NCBI GenBank assembly: GCA_049290235.1
Contig: JBATNG010000045.1
Span: forward strand, 12,717 to 76,716
Source of the DNA: Candidatus Moraniibacteriota bacterium
Lineage (GTDB): Bacteria; Patescibacteriota; Minisyncoccia; Moranbacterales; UBA1568
Reading direction: 5' to 3'
DNA: 64,000 bases
Below the pieces are notes generated by a model that had not been told where the DNA came from, did no database searches, and saw only the letters and a list, made by a program, of their open reading frames with translations. Shown piece after piece: positions 1 through 8,406 of the stretch (its first letter is position 1; every line of letters begins with the position of its first letter). The position numbers and the translations under genes are program-made.

Positions 1-241
1 CGATTTCATCAAGGCGCACAAGGACTCGACCCTCTCGATCGTCGGGGGCTCGCTCGGATCTGAGGCGTTGTCTGTGGAAGCAGTGAAGGCACTGGCTAAA
101 TTGCCATCCAAGGATGAGCTCCGGGCAAAGCTTGTCGGGACACTCCAAGCGCCGATCGCTGGATTCGTCCGGACCCTCTCGGGTAATCTCACGGGATTGG
201 TCCGAGTGCTCGGTGCGGTGCGAGATGTCAAGGGTGCCTAA
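1..241 (+). CDS. rplJ: 50S ribosomal protein L10, C-terminal fragment (gene starts upstream of window)
   Basis: Translation from nt 2 gives ...[79 protein letters not shown] then TAA at 239-241. This is an L10 C-terminal region directly followed by rplL, as in the conserved rplJ-rplL operon. Confidence 0.8.
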   Translation, partial: DFIKAHKDSTLSIVGGSLGSEALSVEAVKALAKLPSKDELRAKLVGTLQAPIAGFVRTLSGNLTGLVRVLGAVRDVKGA

Positions 242-271
242 TCAATTTGTAATCACGTAATCAGTACGCAT

Positions 272-673
272 ATGTCAGAGGAAAAGAAGGAAGTCGTTGT
301 GCCGGAGAAGTTCGAGAAGCTCGTCGCTGAGATCGAGAAGATGAGCGTACTCGACCTGTCCGAGCTCGTGGGTGTACTCGAGGAAAAGTTCGGCGTGTCA
401 GCTGCTGCCCCGATGATGATGGGTGCCGCGCCAGCTGCCGCTGCTGAAGAAGTCGAAGAAAAGACAGATTTCGATGTCGAGCTCACCGCCGCGGGTCAGC
501 AGAAGATCAATGCCATCAAGGCCGTCCGTGAAGTGACCGGTCTCGGCTTGAAGGAAGCCAAGGATCTCGTCGACGCCGCTCCGAAGGTCATCAAGGAGAA
601 AGTCGCCAAGGCCGATGCCGAAGTGATGAAGAAGAAACTCGAGGAAGCCGGTGCGACCGTGACCCTTAAATAA
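272..673 (+). CDS. rplL: 50S ribosomal protein L7/L12
   Basis: 133 aa. N-terminal dimerisation region, Ala/Pro/Met-rich hinge ([17 protein letters not shown]), and the C-terminal [28 protein letters not shown]...[20 protein letters not shown] domain typical of L7/L12. Confidence 0.95.
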   Translation: MSEEKKEVVVPEKFEKLVAEIEKMSVLDLSELVGVLEEKFGVSAAAPMMMGAAPAAAAEEVEEKTDFDVELTAAGQQKINAIKAVREVTGLGLKEAKDLVDAAPKVIKEKVAKADAEVMKKKLEEAGATVTLK

Positions 674-699
674 TCTCGCTCTTCAAGAGGTTTCAAAAA

Positions 700-727
700 G
701 GCCCCATACAAAGGGGTCTTTTGCTTT
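700..727 (+). terminator. Rho-independent terminator after rplL
   Basis: Stem GGCCCC (700-705), loop ATACAAA, stem GGGGTC with one G-U pair (713-718), then TTTTGCTTT. Confidence 0.6.
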
Positions 728-934
728 GGATTGTTTTTGTGTTACTTCAATATTTACATCCCGTGACGGCCGTTACAAGAAGTAAATATATTGCGAGCGG
801 CGGTATTTGATGGGGAAAAATAAGACAATAAATGGAAAGCCGCATACCCGTGAATGATATTCCTTGTGGGTATGCGGCTTTTGTGCCCGGAGTCCGCCGA
901 AGGGGTCATCTCTCCTAGAAAGAACCAACCACTC

Positions 935-1282
935 TTAGCGTTGGTTTTGGAGAGCTCGTTCGGCTTCTGCCTTGAGTATCGTGACGGTCCTATGACGCCA
1001 CTTCTCATTGTCATCTGGGTGGAGGTCTTCAACTTGGAGAACATAACGGTCCTCGAAGACGTCGACCCTCGTAACCATCACGTTGTGGCCAGGGCCCGCA
1101 TCGCCGGAGTAGATTTCCCGGATTTCTCCATCGAGGATGGAGAAGGCCTTGAGGGCCTTGATTTCATCCGCCACCACGTAGGTGGTCTCCGTCTGGGTCG
1201 GGAGGGAAGAGGCTACCTCCTTTTTGCTGCAGGCGCTGGTCACCAGCATGACCAGCAACAGAGGAACGATAGTGCGCATCAT
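935..1282 (-). CDS. hypothetical lipoprotein
   Basis: Start taken at the internal Met pair of the 142-aa ORF, MMRTIVPLLLVMLVTSAC-SKKE. That is a lipoprotein signal with a lipobox Cys. The minus strand has GGAGGT 6 nt upstream of this ATG. No family recognised. Confidence 0.55.
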   Translation of the reverse strand: MMRTIVPLLLVMLVTSACSKKEVASSLPTQTETTYVVADEIKALKAFSILDGEIREIYSGDAGPGHNVMVTRVDVFEDRYVLQVEDLHPDDNEKWRHRTVTILKAEAERALQNQR

Positions 1283-1416
1283 GATGCTACCTCCGAAATG
1301 GCTGCAATGCCCTGTTAAAGAGCTTGTCAGTAGGAACCCCTTGCTGGCACAACATACTAGCATATTTTTCTCACAGAGTCAACTGTACGTAAGAAATTGC
1401 TTGAGGAGTCTTCGCT

Positions 1417-1445
1417 TTGACCAAATGGAGGGGAGGGCGTAGAAT
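1417..1445 (+). promoter_or_regulatory. sigma70-like promoter for the antiporter gene
   Basis: -35 TTGACC (1417-1422), 17-nt spacer, -10 TAGAAT (1440-1445). Confidence 0.5.
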
Positions 1446-1507
1446 GGAGCCGATAGAAACGATGGCTCAGAAGAGCCTCTTTTGTTTGTTTGCTAAAAAT
1501 AACGCCT

Positions 1508-3598
1508 ATGTCACTCGAAGTCGTGCTCGCGGTCGCCGTACTCATGCTCATCTGTATTGGCACGTATTTTGTCGCCGGCCGCTTGAAATTGCCGTATACA
1601 GTGCTGCTCGTCATCGTCGGCTCTATCCTGGTGCCACTCACGCATTTTGCATTCTTTCATTTCATCAAAAGTTTCGAACTGACTCCCGAGCTCCTCTTCT
1701 TTGTCTTTCTGCCGGTGCTCATCTTTGAGTCGGCCTACAACATGAACATGCGTGAGATGGCCGAAAATGTCCGATCGATCTCGTGGCTGTCAGTTGTGAG
1801 TCTTGTCGTTTCTGCCTTTTTCGTGGCGTTCGCGCTTTTCTGGGGACTCAAGCTTATCGGTTTCCCGGTGCCGTTCATGGCGACGCTCGTTTTCGGGGCG
1901 CTCATCTCGGCGACGGATCCGGTGGCGGTGCTCGCATTGTTCAAGGAATTCGGCGTGCCGCGCCGTCTCTCACTCATCTTTGAGGGGGAGAGCTTGTTCA
2001 ATGATGGTACTTCGCTTGCTCTCTTTCTCATCGTCCTTGATGTAGCGATGGCCGGGTTCTCGGGACTCGGGAGCATACTCGAGGGTGTATTCATGTTTAC
2101 GACGATGGTGCTTGGTGGTGGCATTTTCGGGCTCTTGATGGGGTTCGTATTTTCCAAGATCATCGGTAAAGTGCAGGATAATGAGCACGTTGAAATCACG
2201 CTCACCATGCTCGTGGCGCATCTCACCTTCATACTCTCCGAACTCATTTCGCATCATCTCGTCCTCTTCGGCCAAGAAATCAGATTTTCGTCGATTATCG
2301 CGACCGTGATGGCGTCGATGGTCATCGGCAACTATGGTCGGTTCAAGATTTCGCCGCGCGTCGAGGAATACATGGAGAAGTTCTGGGGGTACTTCGCCTT
2401 CGTGGCAAACTCGCTCGTTTTCATTCTGATGGGACTACTCTTTGCTGATCTTCCGATTCATTTTGATCAATTTATCGTGCCGATGCTCATGACGGTTGTG
2501 GTGGTGATGATTGGCCGAGGACTGTCCATTTATCCAGTCGTGGCTATGGTGAATCGACTGAAGAAAGAAGATCAGATTCCGATGTCGTGGCAGCATCTGC
2601 TCGCGTGGGGGAGTCTCCGCGGAGCGCTGGCGGTCACGATGGTGCTTCTCATCCCGGATACACTTACACTTCCAGGTTGGAATTATGACTTTACCGTGAA
2701 GGAATTCATCGCGGCCATCACGATTGGCTGTATCTACTTCACTCTCCTCATCAAAGCGACCTCGATCGGAGCGATGATCAAGAAGATGAAACTGTCGGAT
2801 CTGACATCTCTCGAGACCGTGGAGTACCATGAGTGCTCGGCCCTGGTCTATCAGGAGGCGCTCGAGAAGCTCGCCGATTTCCATGAGAAAGGATACGTGA
2901 AGAGCGATGTGTTTGCCCGACTCAAACAAGAATACACGGAGCGTTACGAGAAGTCGGTAGCGGCCTGTCAGTCGCTCTTTACGGCGACCCCGAGCGACAT
3001 GAACCGAGCACTGCAGATGTATGCTCTCGGCATGGAAAAGCGCTTTCTCCGCGAGCTCTACGTCTATCAGGAGATTTCCGAATCGGAATACAAGGAGATT
3101 TTGAACAAGATCGCGATTCAGACGTCGCGAGTTGAGGAGGGAAGGGAGCAAGTATCGCATCATGCGGAGCGCTTCCGTCAGGACTGGTTCGAGACACTTG
3201 TCATGTGGCTGCGGAAGAAGTTCCGTCCAAAACCAGTCAAACAGGAAATGCTCGAGGAATACCGTTACTATCGCGCCCAGGAAGTGGTGCTGGCCAAGGT
3301 GCTCCGGCGTCTAAAGTCACTCTCGGAACGCTTTCCAGGGCTCTACGGAGATGAGGCATCGACAACAGCCGTCATCGCACTGTATGAGGGACTCCGGGTG
3401 GATGCAGAAAAAAAGCGCGACGCCGTAGCAGCAAAAATTGGGACGGAGCTCGCGTATTTGAACGAGTCATTCGGTCGCTATGCGCTTTTTAAGACCGAAG
3501 AATGGATGCTCGAGGAACTCTTGGAAAATGCCATGCTTCCGCGCAAAGTGGGGAATATGCTCTATAATGAGCTGAAGGACGAAGCCTACTCGATTTAG
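1508..3598 (+). CDS. CPA1-family Na+/H+ (cation:proton) antiporter with a large C-terminal cytoplasmic domain
   Basis: The ORF track starts at TTG 1490; the first ATG is 1508 (MSLEVVLAVAVLM...). About 400 aa form a polytopic membrane domain with Na_H_exchanger-like segments (ATDPVAVLALFKEFGVP, FEGESLFNDGTSLALF). About 300 aa of mainly helical soluble C-terminal domain follow. Confidence 0.85.
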   Translation: MSLEVVLAVAVLMLICIGTYFVAGRLKLPYTVLLVIVGSILVPLTHFAFFHFIKSFELTPELLFFVFLPVLIFESAYNMNMREMAENVRSISWLSVVSLVVSAFFVAFALFWGLKLIGFPVPFMATLVFGALISATDPVAVLALFKEFGVPRRLSLIFEGESLFNDGTSLALFLIVLDVAMAGFSGLGSILEGVFMFTTMVLGGGIFGLLMGFVFSKIIGKVQDNEHVEITLTMLVAHLTFILSELISHHLVLFGQEIRFSSIIATVMASMVIGNYGRFKISPRVEEYMEKFWGYFAFVANSLVFILMGLLFADLPIHFDQFIVPMLMTVVVVMIGRGLSIYPVVAMVNRLKKEDQIPMSWQHLLAWGSLRGALAVTMVLLIPDTLTLPGWNYDFTVKEFIAAITIGCIYFTLLIKATSIGAMIKKMKLSDLTSLETVEYHECSALVYQEALEKLADFHEKGYVKSDVFARLKQEYTERYEKSVAACQSLFTATPSDMNRALQMYALGMEKRFLRELYVYQEISESEYKEILNKIAIQTSRVEEGREQVSHHAERFRQDWFETLVMWLRKKFRPKPVKQEMLEEYRYYRAQEVVLAKVLRRLKSLSERFPGLYGDEASTTAVIALYEGLRVDAEKKRDAVAAKIGTELAYLNESFGRYALFKTEEWMLEELLENAMLPRKVGNMLYNELKDEAYSI

Positions 3599-3615
3599 CT
3601 AAACGACAATACTCT

Positions 3616-4230
3616 ATGGATTTCTTCGGCATCGACATGGTGGAGGCAATCAAGACGATCGGGTATATTGGTCTCTTCGCGATTGTCTTCGCTGAGACAG
3701 GCCTTTTCCTCGGGTTCTTCTTCCCGGGTGACAGCTTGCTCTTCGTCGCGGGGGTGCTCGCGGCGCAGGGGTTCTTCTCGCTCCCGCTGCTCCTCGTGAT
3801 CCTGTTTGTCGCGGCGTTCACGGGGAACATGGTCGGTTACTGGTTCGGGGCTTTGGTCGGTCCGAAAATTTTCTCGCGCGAAGATTCGCTCTTGTTTCGG
3901 AAATCCCATATCCTGAAAGCACAGGCTTTCTATGAACGCTATGGCGGCAAGACCATCGTCTTGGCTCGTTTCATTCCGATCGTCCGAACCTTTGCCCCGA
4001 TCGTCGCTGGTGTCGGACGTATGCACTATGGCACATTCGCTTTTTTCAATTTCATCGGGGCACTTCTGTGGTCGGTGGGCTTGACGACTTTGGCCTACTA
4101 TCTCGGGAGCTTGATCGAGGATATCGATCGATTCCTCCTCCCGATTGTCATCCTGATCATATTCCTATCGGTCTTGCCTGGTGTGTTCGAATATTGGCGC
4201 GACCGACGTCAGGCTTTGCGTCAGTCATAG
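3616..4230 (+). CDS. DedA/SNARE-associated (VTT domain) family membrane protein
   Basis: 204 aa. GYIGLFAIVFAETGLFLGFFFPGDSLLFVAGVLAAQG and ERYGGKTIVLARFIPIVRTFAPIVAGVGRMHY match the DedA signature. Confidence 0.85.
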   Translation: MDFFGIDMVEAIKTIGYIGLFAIVFAETGLFLGFFFPGDSLLFVAGVLAAQGFFSLPLLLVILFVAAFTGNMVGYWFGALVGPKIFSREDSLLFRKSHILKAQAFYERYGGKTIVLARFIPIVRTFAPIVAGVGRMHYGTFAFFNFIGALLWSVGLTTLAYYLGSLIEDIDRFLLPIVILIIFLSVLPGVFEYWRDRRQALRQS

Positions 4231-4422
4231 ACCACAGTCGCTTCGAAAATAACCGACGAGAGAGGTCGGTCTGGATCATCATTCCTGGTGACACCGGCTC
4301 GGTGGTCTCTGACTGGTCGCAGTCGGAAAGTTCCTATGGGGAGAGGCTCTTAGGACTTCCATTATTTGGTAAATGCGCTAAACTATTGCCATCTACCACA
4401 GCTCAACGAAGGGGGTAGTAAA

Positions 4423-4677
4423 ATGGGTAAGGTTCTTTGTGCGCCTGCCACCAGCGTTGGCGGAGCGCGTTGGCGGTTTGCTATGGCTCTCCAAACAGAA
4501 CCGAAGTCTGACGCATTGCCGCCAGTCCTCACTCCGGCCGATGGGATTGTGGACCCATCAGAGATTGTCCGGGTCGGGGATGGCCTTATGTACGTGCCAC
4601 TTGGGGGCGGGGCCGGCTACTTCACGGAGCAGATACGTCTCCTCCTCCGCATCTCTTTCCGGATGTGGGGCGATTGA
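4423..4677 (+). CDS. small hypothetical protein (84 aa), uncertain
   Basis: ATG at 4423 preceded by AAGGGGG with 7-nt spacing. The ORF ends 24 nt before a strong terminator hairpin (4701-4737). No homology recognised. The region could instead be non-coding structured RNA. Confidence 0.3.
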   Translation: MGKVLCAPATSVGGARWRFAMALQTEPKSDALPPVLTPADGIVDPSEIVRVGDGLMYVPLGGGAGYFTEQIRLLLRISFRMWGD

Positions 4678-4700
4678 AGTTAGGCTCGTATCGAACGATA

Positions 4701-4737
4701 CGGCATCAGGTCAATTAGACTGATGCCGATTTCTTTT
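4701..4737 (+). terminator. Rho-independent terminator
   Basis: Stem CGGCATCAG (4701-4709), 10-nt loop, stem CTGATGCCG (4720-4728), then ATTTCTTTT. Confidence 0.65.
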
Positions 4738-4800
4738 ATCAATCGATACGTGGCGCGCCGTCATCTCTCACTCATACTCATGTTGCCAATACGAAGCAAC

Positions 4801-4829
4801 AAAAAACCGCCCCAGAGGGACGGAGTTTT
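4801..4829 (-). terminator. Rho-independent terminator for cspA (stem-loop usable in both directions)
   Basis: CCGCCCC (4807-4813), short loop, GGGACGG (4817-4823). On the minus strand it is followed by a TTTTTT run (plus-strand A6 at 4801-4806). On the plus strand it is followed by AGTTTT. Confidence 0.6.
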
Positions 4830-4847
4830 GCTCGGTGGGAGAACGCC

Positions 4848-5045
4848 TTAGGCGCGGGTCACATTGACCGCGGCCGGGCCCTTCTCGCCGTCGACGACCT
4901 CGAAGCTGACGACATCGCCAACCTTGAGCTCATCGAACGTCACGCCGGAGAGCTCCTTGGAGTGGAAGAACAGGTCCTTCACTTCGCCTTCGCGAGCGAT
5001 GAAACCGAATCCACGATCCGTGAGCGTCTTGATAGTACCAGTCAT
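4848..5045 (-). CDS. cspA: cold-shock protein (CspA family)
   Basis: 65 aa. MTGTIKTLTDRGFGFIAREGEVKDLFFHSKEL...FEVVDGEKGPAAVNV carries the RNP1/RNP2 motifs of the cold-shock domain. Confidence 0.95.
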   Translation of the reverse strand: MTGTIKTLTDRGFGFIAREGEVKDLFFHSKELSGVTFDELKVGDVVSFEVVDGEKGPAAVNVTRA

Positions 5046-5197
5046 AATGGTGCTGCTCTATGTTCAATTAGTCTAGAAAGCGGGAAACTCGACTATATTC
5101 CTCGACTTCTATGCGTCCATACTAACAGCTTTCTCTGGAAAAAGCAAGCCCCGTTTTGAGCTTGTCCATGCTATAGTAGGGGTACTAATGTATACTT

Positions 5198-5554
5198 ATG
5201 TCCAATCAATACCAGGGGAAATGCCATTGCGGGAAGGTCTCCTTCGAGGTTGAAACCGACCTTGCTTCGGTACTCGAGTGCAATTGTTCTCATTGCAGCA
5301 TGAAAGGTCTGCTCCTCGCCTTTGTTCCAGGCGCTCAGTTCCGATTACTCTCTGGGGCGGATGATTTGGTGGAGTATCGCTTCAACAAGAAAACACTGCA
5401 GCATCTCTTCTGCCGAGTCTGCGGCGTCCAACCATTTGCGCGAGGGAAAGACCCAAACGCAGGTACTGAGACGGTGGCTATCAATGTTCGGACACTCACG
5501 GATGTCGATCTTGCGAAGCTCACGCTGACACCATTTGATGGGAAGAGTTGGTAA
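5198..5554 (+). CDS. GFA-family (glutathione-dependent formaldehyde-activating enzyme / CENP-V-like) zinc-binding protein
   Basis: 118 aa with the characteristic Cys pattern CHCGKV...CNCSHC...CRVCG. Confidence 0.8.
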   Translation: MSNQYQGKCHCGKVSFEVETDLASVLECNCSHCSMKGLLLAFVPGAQFRLLSGADDLVEYRFNKKTLQHLFCRVCGVQPFARGKDPNAGTETVAINVRTLTDVDLAKLTLTPFDGKSW

Positions 5555-6182
5555 GAGGGAGAAGTTCGCGTATCTTGGCCTCGAGCTCGGTGGGTGTGTT
5601 GGCCGTCGGGACACCAGTCGCGATCAAGGCCGAGCGATCGTTCAAGCCCCAGGTGACGGCGATGATCTTTAGGCCGGCTTTTTGGCAGGCATCGATATCG
5701 CGTATCTCATCACCGATATATATGACAGCTGTCTTTTCGAGACCCTCTTTCGTGAGGGTTTTTTCGATCGTCTTTGCCTTGCCGAAGAGTGAGCTCTGAT
5801 ACACAAAATCGATAGTGAGGCCGAATTTCTCGATGAGCGCGAGGACTGTCCCGCGTTCGCTCGAAGAAATGATGCCGATCCGGTAGCCGAGGGCACGGAG
5901 AGCGATGAGGGTTTCATGGATACCAGGAAAGAGCTCGACCTCGGGGACGAGCAACCGATACTCCGCATGACCCCGCTTCAGAATCCTCGGGAGAAGCAAG
6001 ACGCGCCAGCCGAGACGCCGGAACATCACCTGTTTCAGATGGAGCTTGCGCAAGGCAGGTACTTCGTCCGGTCGGATCGGTGCGAACCCGAACTGCGCCG
6101 CCAGCGTATTGTAGATGCGGAGAAAAACCGGCTCAATATCCACCAGCGTGCCATCCAGGTCGAAGATGACGGTCTTGTTCAT
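5520..6182 (-). CDS. HAD-superfamily hydrolase (phosphoglycolate phosphatase-like)
   Basis: N-terminal motif I VIFDLDGTLVD. Later motifs IGIISSSER and AVIYIGDEIRDIDACQKAG. Its 3' end overlaps the GFA gene by 35 nt. Confidence 0.85.
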   Translation of the reverse strand: MNKTVIFDLDGTLVDIEPVFLRIYNTLAAQFGFAPIRPDEVPALRKLHLKQVMFRRLGWRVLLLPRILKRGHAEYRLLVPEVELFPGIHETLIALRALGYRIGIISSSERGTVLALIEKFGLTIDFVYQSSLFGKAKTIEKTLTKEGLEKTAVIYIGDEIRDIDACQKAGLKIIAVTWGLNDRSALIATGVPTANTPTELEAKIRELLPLTNSSHQMVSA

Positions 6183-6243
6183 ATATTTTCAGGATAGCAT
6201 GCCAGACGCGGAGAGACTGGAACCTTTCTTGAATGAAGTTTCT

Positions 6244-6747
6244 TTAGTGAAAGGCTAATGATTCTCCTCTTAGAAGAGAAAAGCCTTTCTCTATAGCTTG
6301 TATTTCTGGATCGTCGCCTTTTTTGTGTTCGGTAAAGACTTTTTGCAGCTCGTCTTCTGCAACCCATTCGAATTGAGAGTGATCTTCAGGATGGAGAGTG
6401 ACATTTTCTAGAGAATCGGCAAATGCTGCATAGTAGATAATTTCTACAGAGTGGGAGCCTTTTATTTCGTTGAGATAGGTAAAAGTAGCAAAGGGGTCTC
6501 CGATGGTTGCCCTCTTGCCGAACTCCTCCATAATCTCACGCTCAAGTCCCTTGACGATATCCTCACCGTAATCAATATGTCCGCCTGGAAGCTCATAGAC
6601 TCCGGGCAAGAATTTTTTGGTATCAGACCGTTTGGGGAGGAATACTTTTTCAATCCCATCAAAGTTGTGATGAATAAAGGCACAAGCCGTGATAACTTGC
6701 TGACCCCGGGCTGGTGTTTCGCTATCGTGTGAGATGTTTTCTACCAT
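6244..6747 (-). CDS. NUDIX hydrolase
   Basis: Nudix box GGHIDYGEDIVKGLEREIMEEFG. Confidence 0.9.
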   Translation of the reverse strand: MVENISHDSETPARGQQVITACAFIHHNFDGIEKVFLPKRSDTKKFLPGVYELPGGHIDYGEDIVKGLEREIMEEFGKRATIGDPFATFTYLNEIKGSHSVEIIYYAAFADSLENVTLHPEDHSQFEWVAEDELQKVFTEHKKGDDPEIQAIEKGFSLLRGESLAFH

Positions 6748-6786
6748 AGGATTGGATTTACTGAGGCTCTGGGACGATGTTGGAAC

Positions 6787-7419
6787 TTATTTGATCAGTT
6801 CGATGAGTAGCGGGAACTCGGTGTAGGGCTGATTGTATGTGGTTGATCCCATATGACCATCATGACGTATGATGAGCCTACCGCCGAGGTTATCTGCCAG
6901 TATCTTCCCCTGAGTAGCATCACAACCCCATGGATCATTATCGGAATTGATGAAGATAAACTCTTCCGCATGGGCTTTAATGACATCCCAGTTTGGCTCT
7001 TTTTCATTCTTACCTCCCGCGTCTTCCCTGAGTAGTTTGGCATGTCCTGAGACGAGGAGTGCTTTCTTAATCTTGATATCAATATTCTCAAGAATACTGA
7101 GGATCACTTGAGCGCCAGCAGAATGACCAATGAGTACGGTTTCCTCAGTGAACGTACCTCCAGAGAGAATGAAAGGAATCCATTCTTTGAGATTTGGGTG
7201 CTCATCATTGGGTAGCTGAGGAAGCCACACCTCGTATCCAAATTTTTCTAATTCATCTTTCAGATACGAAAACCAGAACGCATCCTTTTTTTTCCAGTAC
7301 CGTGGAGTATGATTGCATTTTTCATAAAATAATTTGCTGGGGAGGATGGGAATCTTACTCGCTTCGCTCTTTGAGAACCCCTCGGTTCTCAACACTCGCT
7401 GACTCGCTGCTCTCCGCAA
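6787..7419 (-). CDS. alpha/beta-fold serine hydrolase, YdeN/RBBP9-like (start uncertain)
   Basis: GHSAGA nucleophile-elbow motif. The conserved WYPWLKxELEKxGYEV-like segment is present as FWFSYLKDELEKFGYEVWLPQLP. The N-terminal 40 aa of the long ORF look unlike the family, so the true start may be downstream or frameshifted. Confidence 0.6.
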   Translation of the reverse strand: MRRAASQRVLRTEGFSKSEASKIPILPSKLFYEKCNHTPRYWKKKDAFWFSYLKDELEKFGYEVWLPQLPNDEHPNLKEWIPFILSGGTFTEETVLIGHSAGAQVILSILENIDIKIKKALLVSGHAKLLREDAGGKNEKEPNWDVIKAHAEEFIFINSDNDPWGCDATQGKILADNLGGRLIIRHDGHMGSTTYNQPYTEFPLLIELIK

Positions 7420-7591
7420 CAGGAAAACTTTCGTTTTCCCGACCCCCTTTCCCGTTCGATCCCATCCGTCCCATTATAAACAAAAACACCCGCAAGGGGT
7501 ATCTTTACTTACAAAAGCTGGGCTTATTGGACGTGTTCGGAACGGTTGACTGGAAGAAGATTGCTCAGGAAATGAAGGGTGTCGAACGCTT

Positions 7592-8227
7592 TTATTGTAT
7601 TACTTTCTTTAGATACTGTGCTAATTCCTCAGGTGAATGAAGTATTGCAGTGGCATTTGATTTTTTGAAGCGCTCTGACTCATGAAACCCCCACGTTACT
7701 GCTATCGTATGAATCCCTAGGCTTTTGACCTCCAGAATATCGCCCGTAGTATCTGTGACAAGATACATATCCTGTGGCTGGATGCCATTTTCTCGCATAA
7801 ACTTCTGAATTTTTTCTTCCTTATGCCCTTCTATCTCAGCACCTAATATTTCTCTAAAATAGGTTTCCATGTGCTCACGCTCAAGGAGTTGTTGAATCAC
7901 TGCAGTAAAGTTCGATGAAATGATAATGAGAGTAGCATCCTCGGCTATTTCAGTTACGCATTGTTTCATTCCTAAGAAAAAGTTGATATCTTTTTGATTT
8001 TCCAAATAGGCCTTAACAATGGCTTTCTGGAATATCTGCTTGCGTTCACCTCGAACACCAAAAGCCTCATAATTTTTCCATACGTTGCCTTCAGAAAGTT
8101 CCTTGAGCTGTTCGGCTGTTATAGGTGGCATCCCATGCTCTTGGTGTAAACGTTGGAGGATTCCCAGTATAAATGGAAACGAGTCAATGAATACTCCGTC
8201 AAAATCAAAGAGGATAACTTTTTTCAT
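7592..8227 (-). CDS. HAD-superfamily hydrolase
   Basis: Start taken at the internal Met giving MKKVILFDFDGVFIDS (motif I). C-terminal motif DMYLVTDTTGDILEVKSLG. Confidence 0.8.
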   Translation of the reverse strand: MKKVILFDFDGVFIDSFPFILGILQRLHQEHGMPPITAEQLKELSEGNVWKNYEAFGVRGERKQIFQKAIVKAYLENQKDINFFLGMKQCVTEIAEDATLIIISSNFTAVIQQLLEREHMETYFREILGAEIEGHKEEKIQKFMRENGIQPQDMYLVTDTTGDILEVKSLGIHTIAVTWGFHESERFKKSNATAILHSPEELAQYLKKVIQ

Positions 8228-8244
8228 ACATTCAAAACGATAGC

Positions 8245-8316
8245 TGGGGAGGATGGGATCGAACCATCGCATGGAGGCTTCAAAGGCCCCTGCCTTACCG
8301 CTTGGCTACTCCCCAA
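8245..8316 (-). tRNA. tRNA-Gln (anticodon UUG)
   Basis: The minus-strand sequence TGGGGAGTAGCCAAGCGGTAAGGCAGGGGCCTTTGAAGCCTCCATGCGATGGTTCGATCCCATCCTCCCCAG folds as a cloverleaf. It has a U1:A72 acceptor pair, D-loop AGCGGTAAG, anticodon loop CTTTGAA (TTG), T-arm GATGG-TTCGATC-CCATC and discriminator G. CCA is not encoded. The shape is close to E. coli tRNA-Gln. Confidence 0.9.
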
Positions 8317-8406
8317 TGAAATGCAGGCACGAGCGATTAGGGTGTAAGTATTAGAGAGAACAACTAATATGCTCTCTTTCTAGACCAAACCCCAGTTCTA
8401 TTGCCT

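Noticed and set aside
4236-4737. Possible RNase P RNA, tmRNA or SRP RNA in the dedA-cspA gap
   Set aside because: ACAGAACCGAAG weakly resembles the RNase P P4 3' strand. No matching GGAAAGTCCGGGC-like 5' strand was found. There is no tmRNA tag frame or T-arm, and no SRP AGGUCCGGAAGGAAGCAGC motif.
6247-6295. Nested hairpin GAAAGGCT...AGCCTTTC near 6250 as a terminator
   Set aside because: It lies inside the 3' coding end of the NUDIX gene (it encodes ...LLRGESLAFH) and lacks a U-tract. It is probably incidental.
7454-7473. The tRNA-fragment/tRNA-Gln pair as attL/attR of an integrated element
   Set aside because: The fragment is in inverted, not direct, orientation relative to the tRNA gene. 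The enclosed DNA is a single ordinary HAD hydrolase gene with no integrase.
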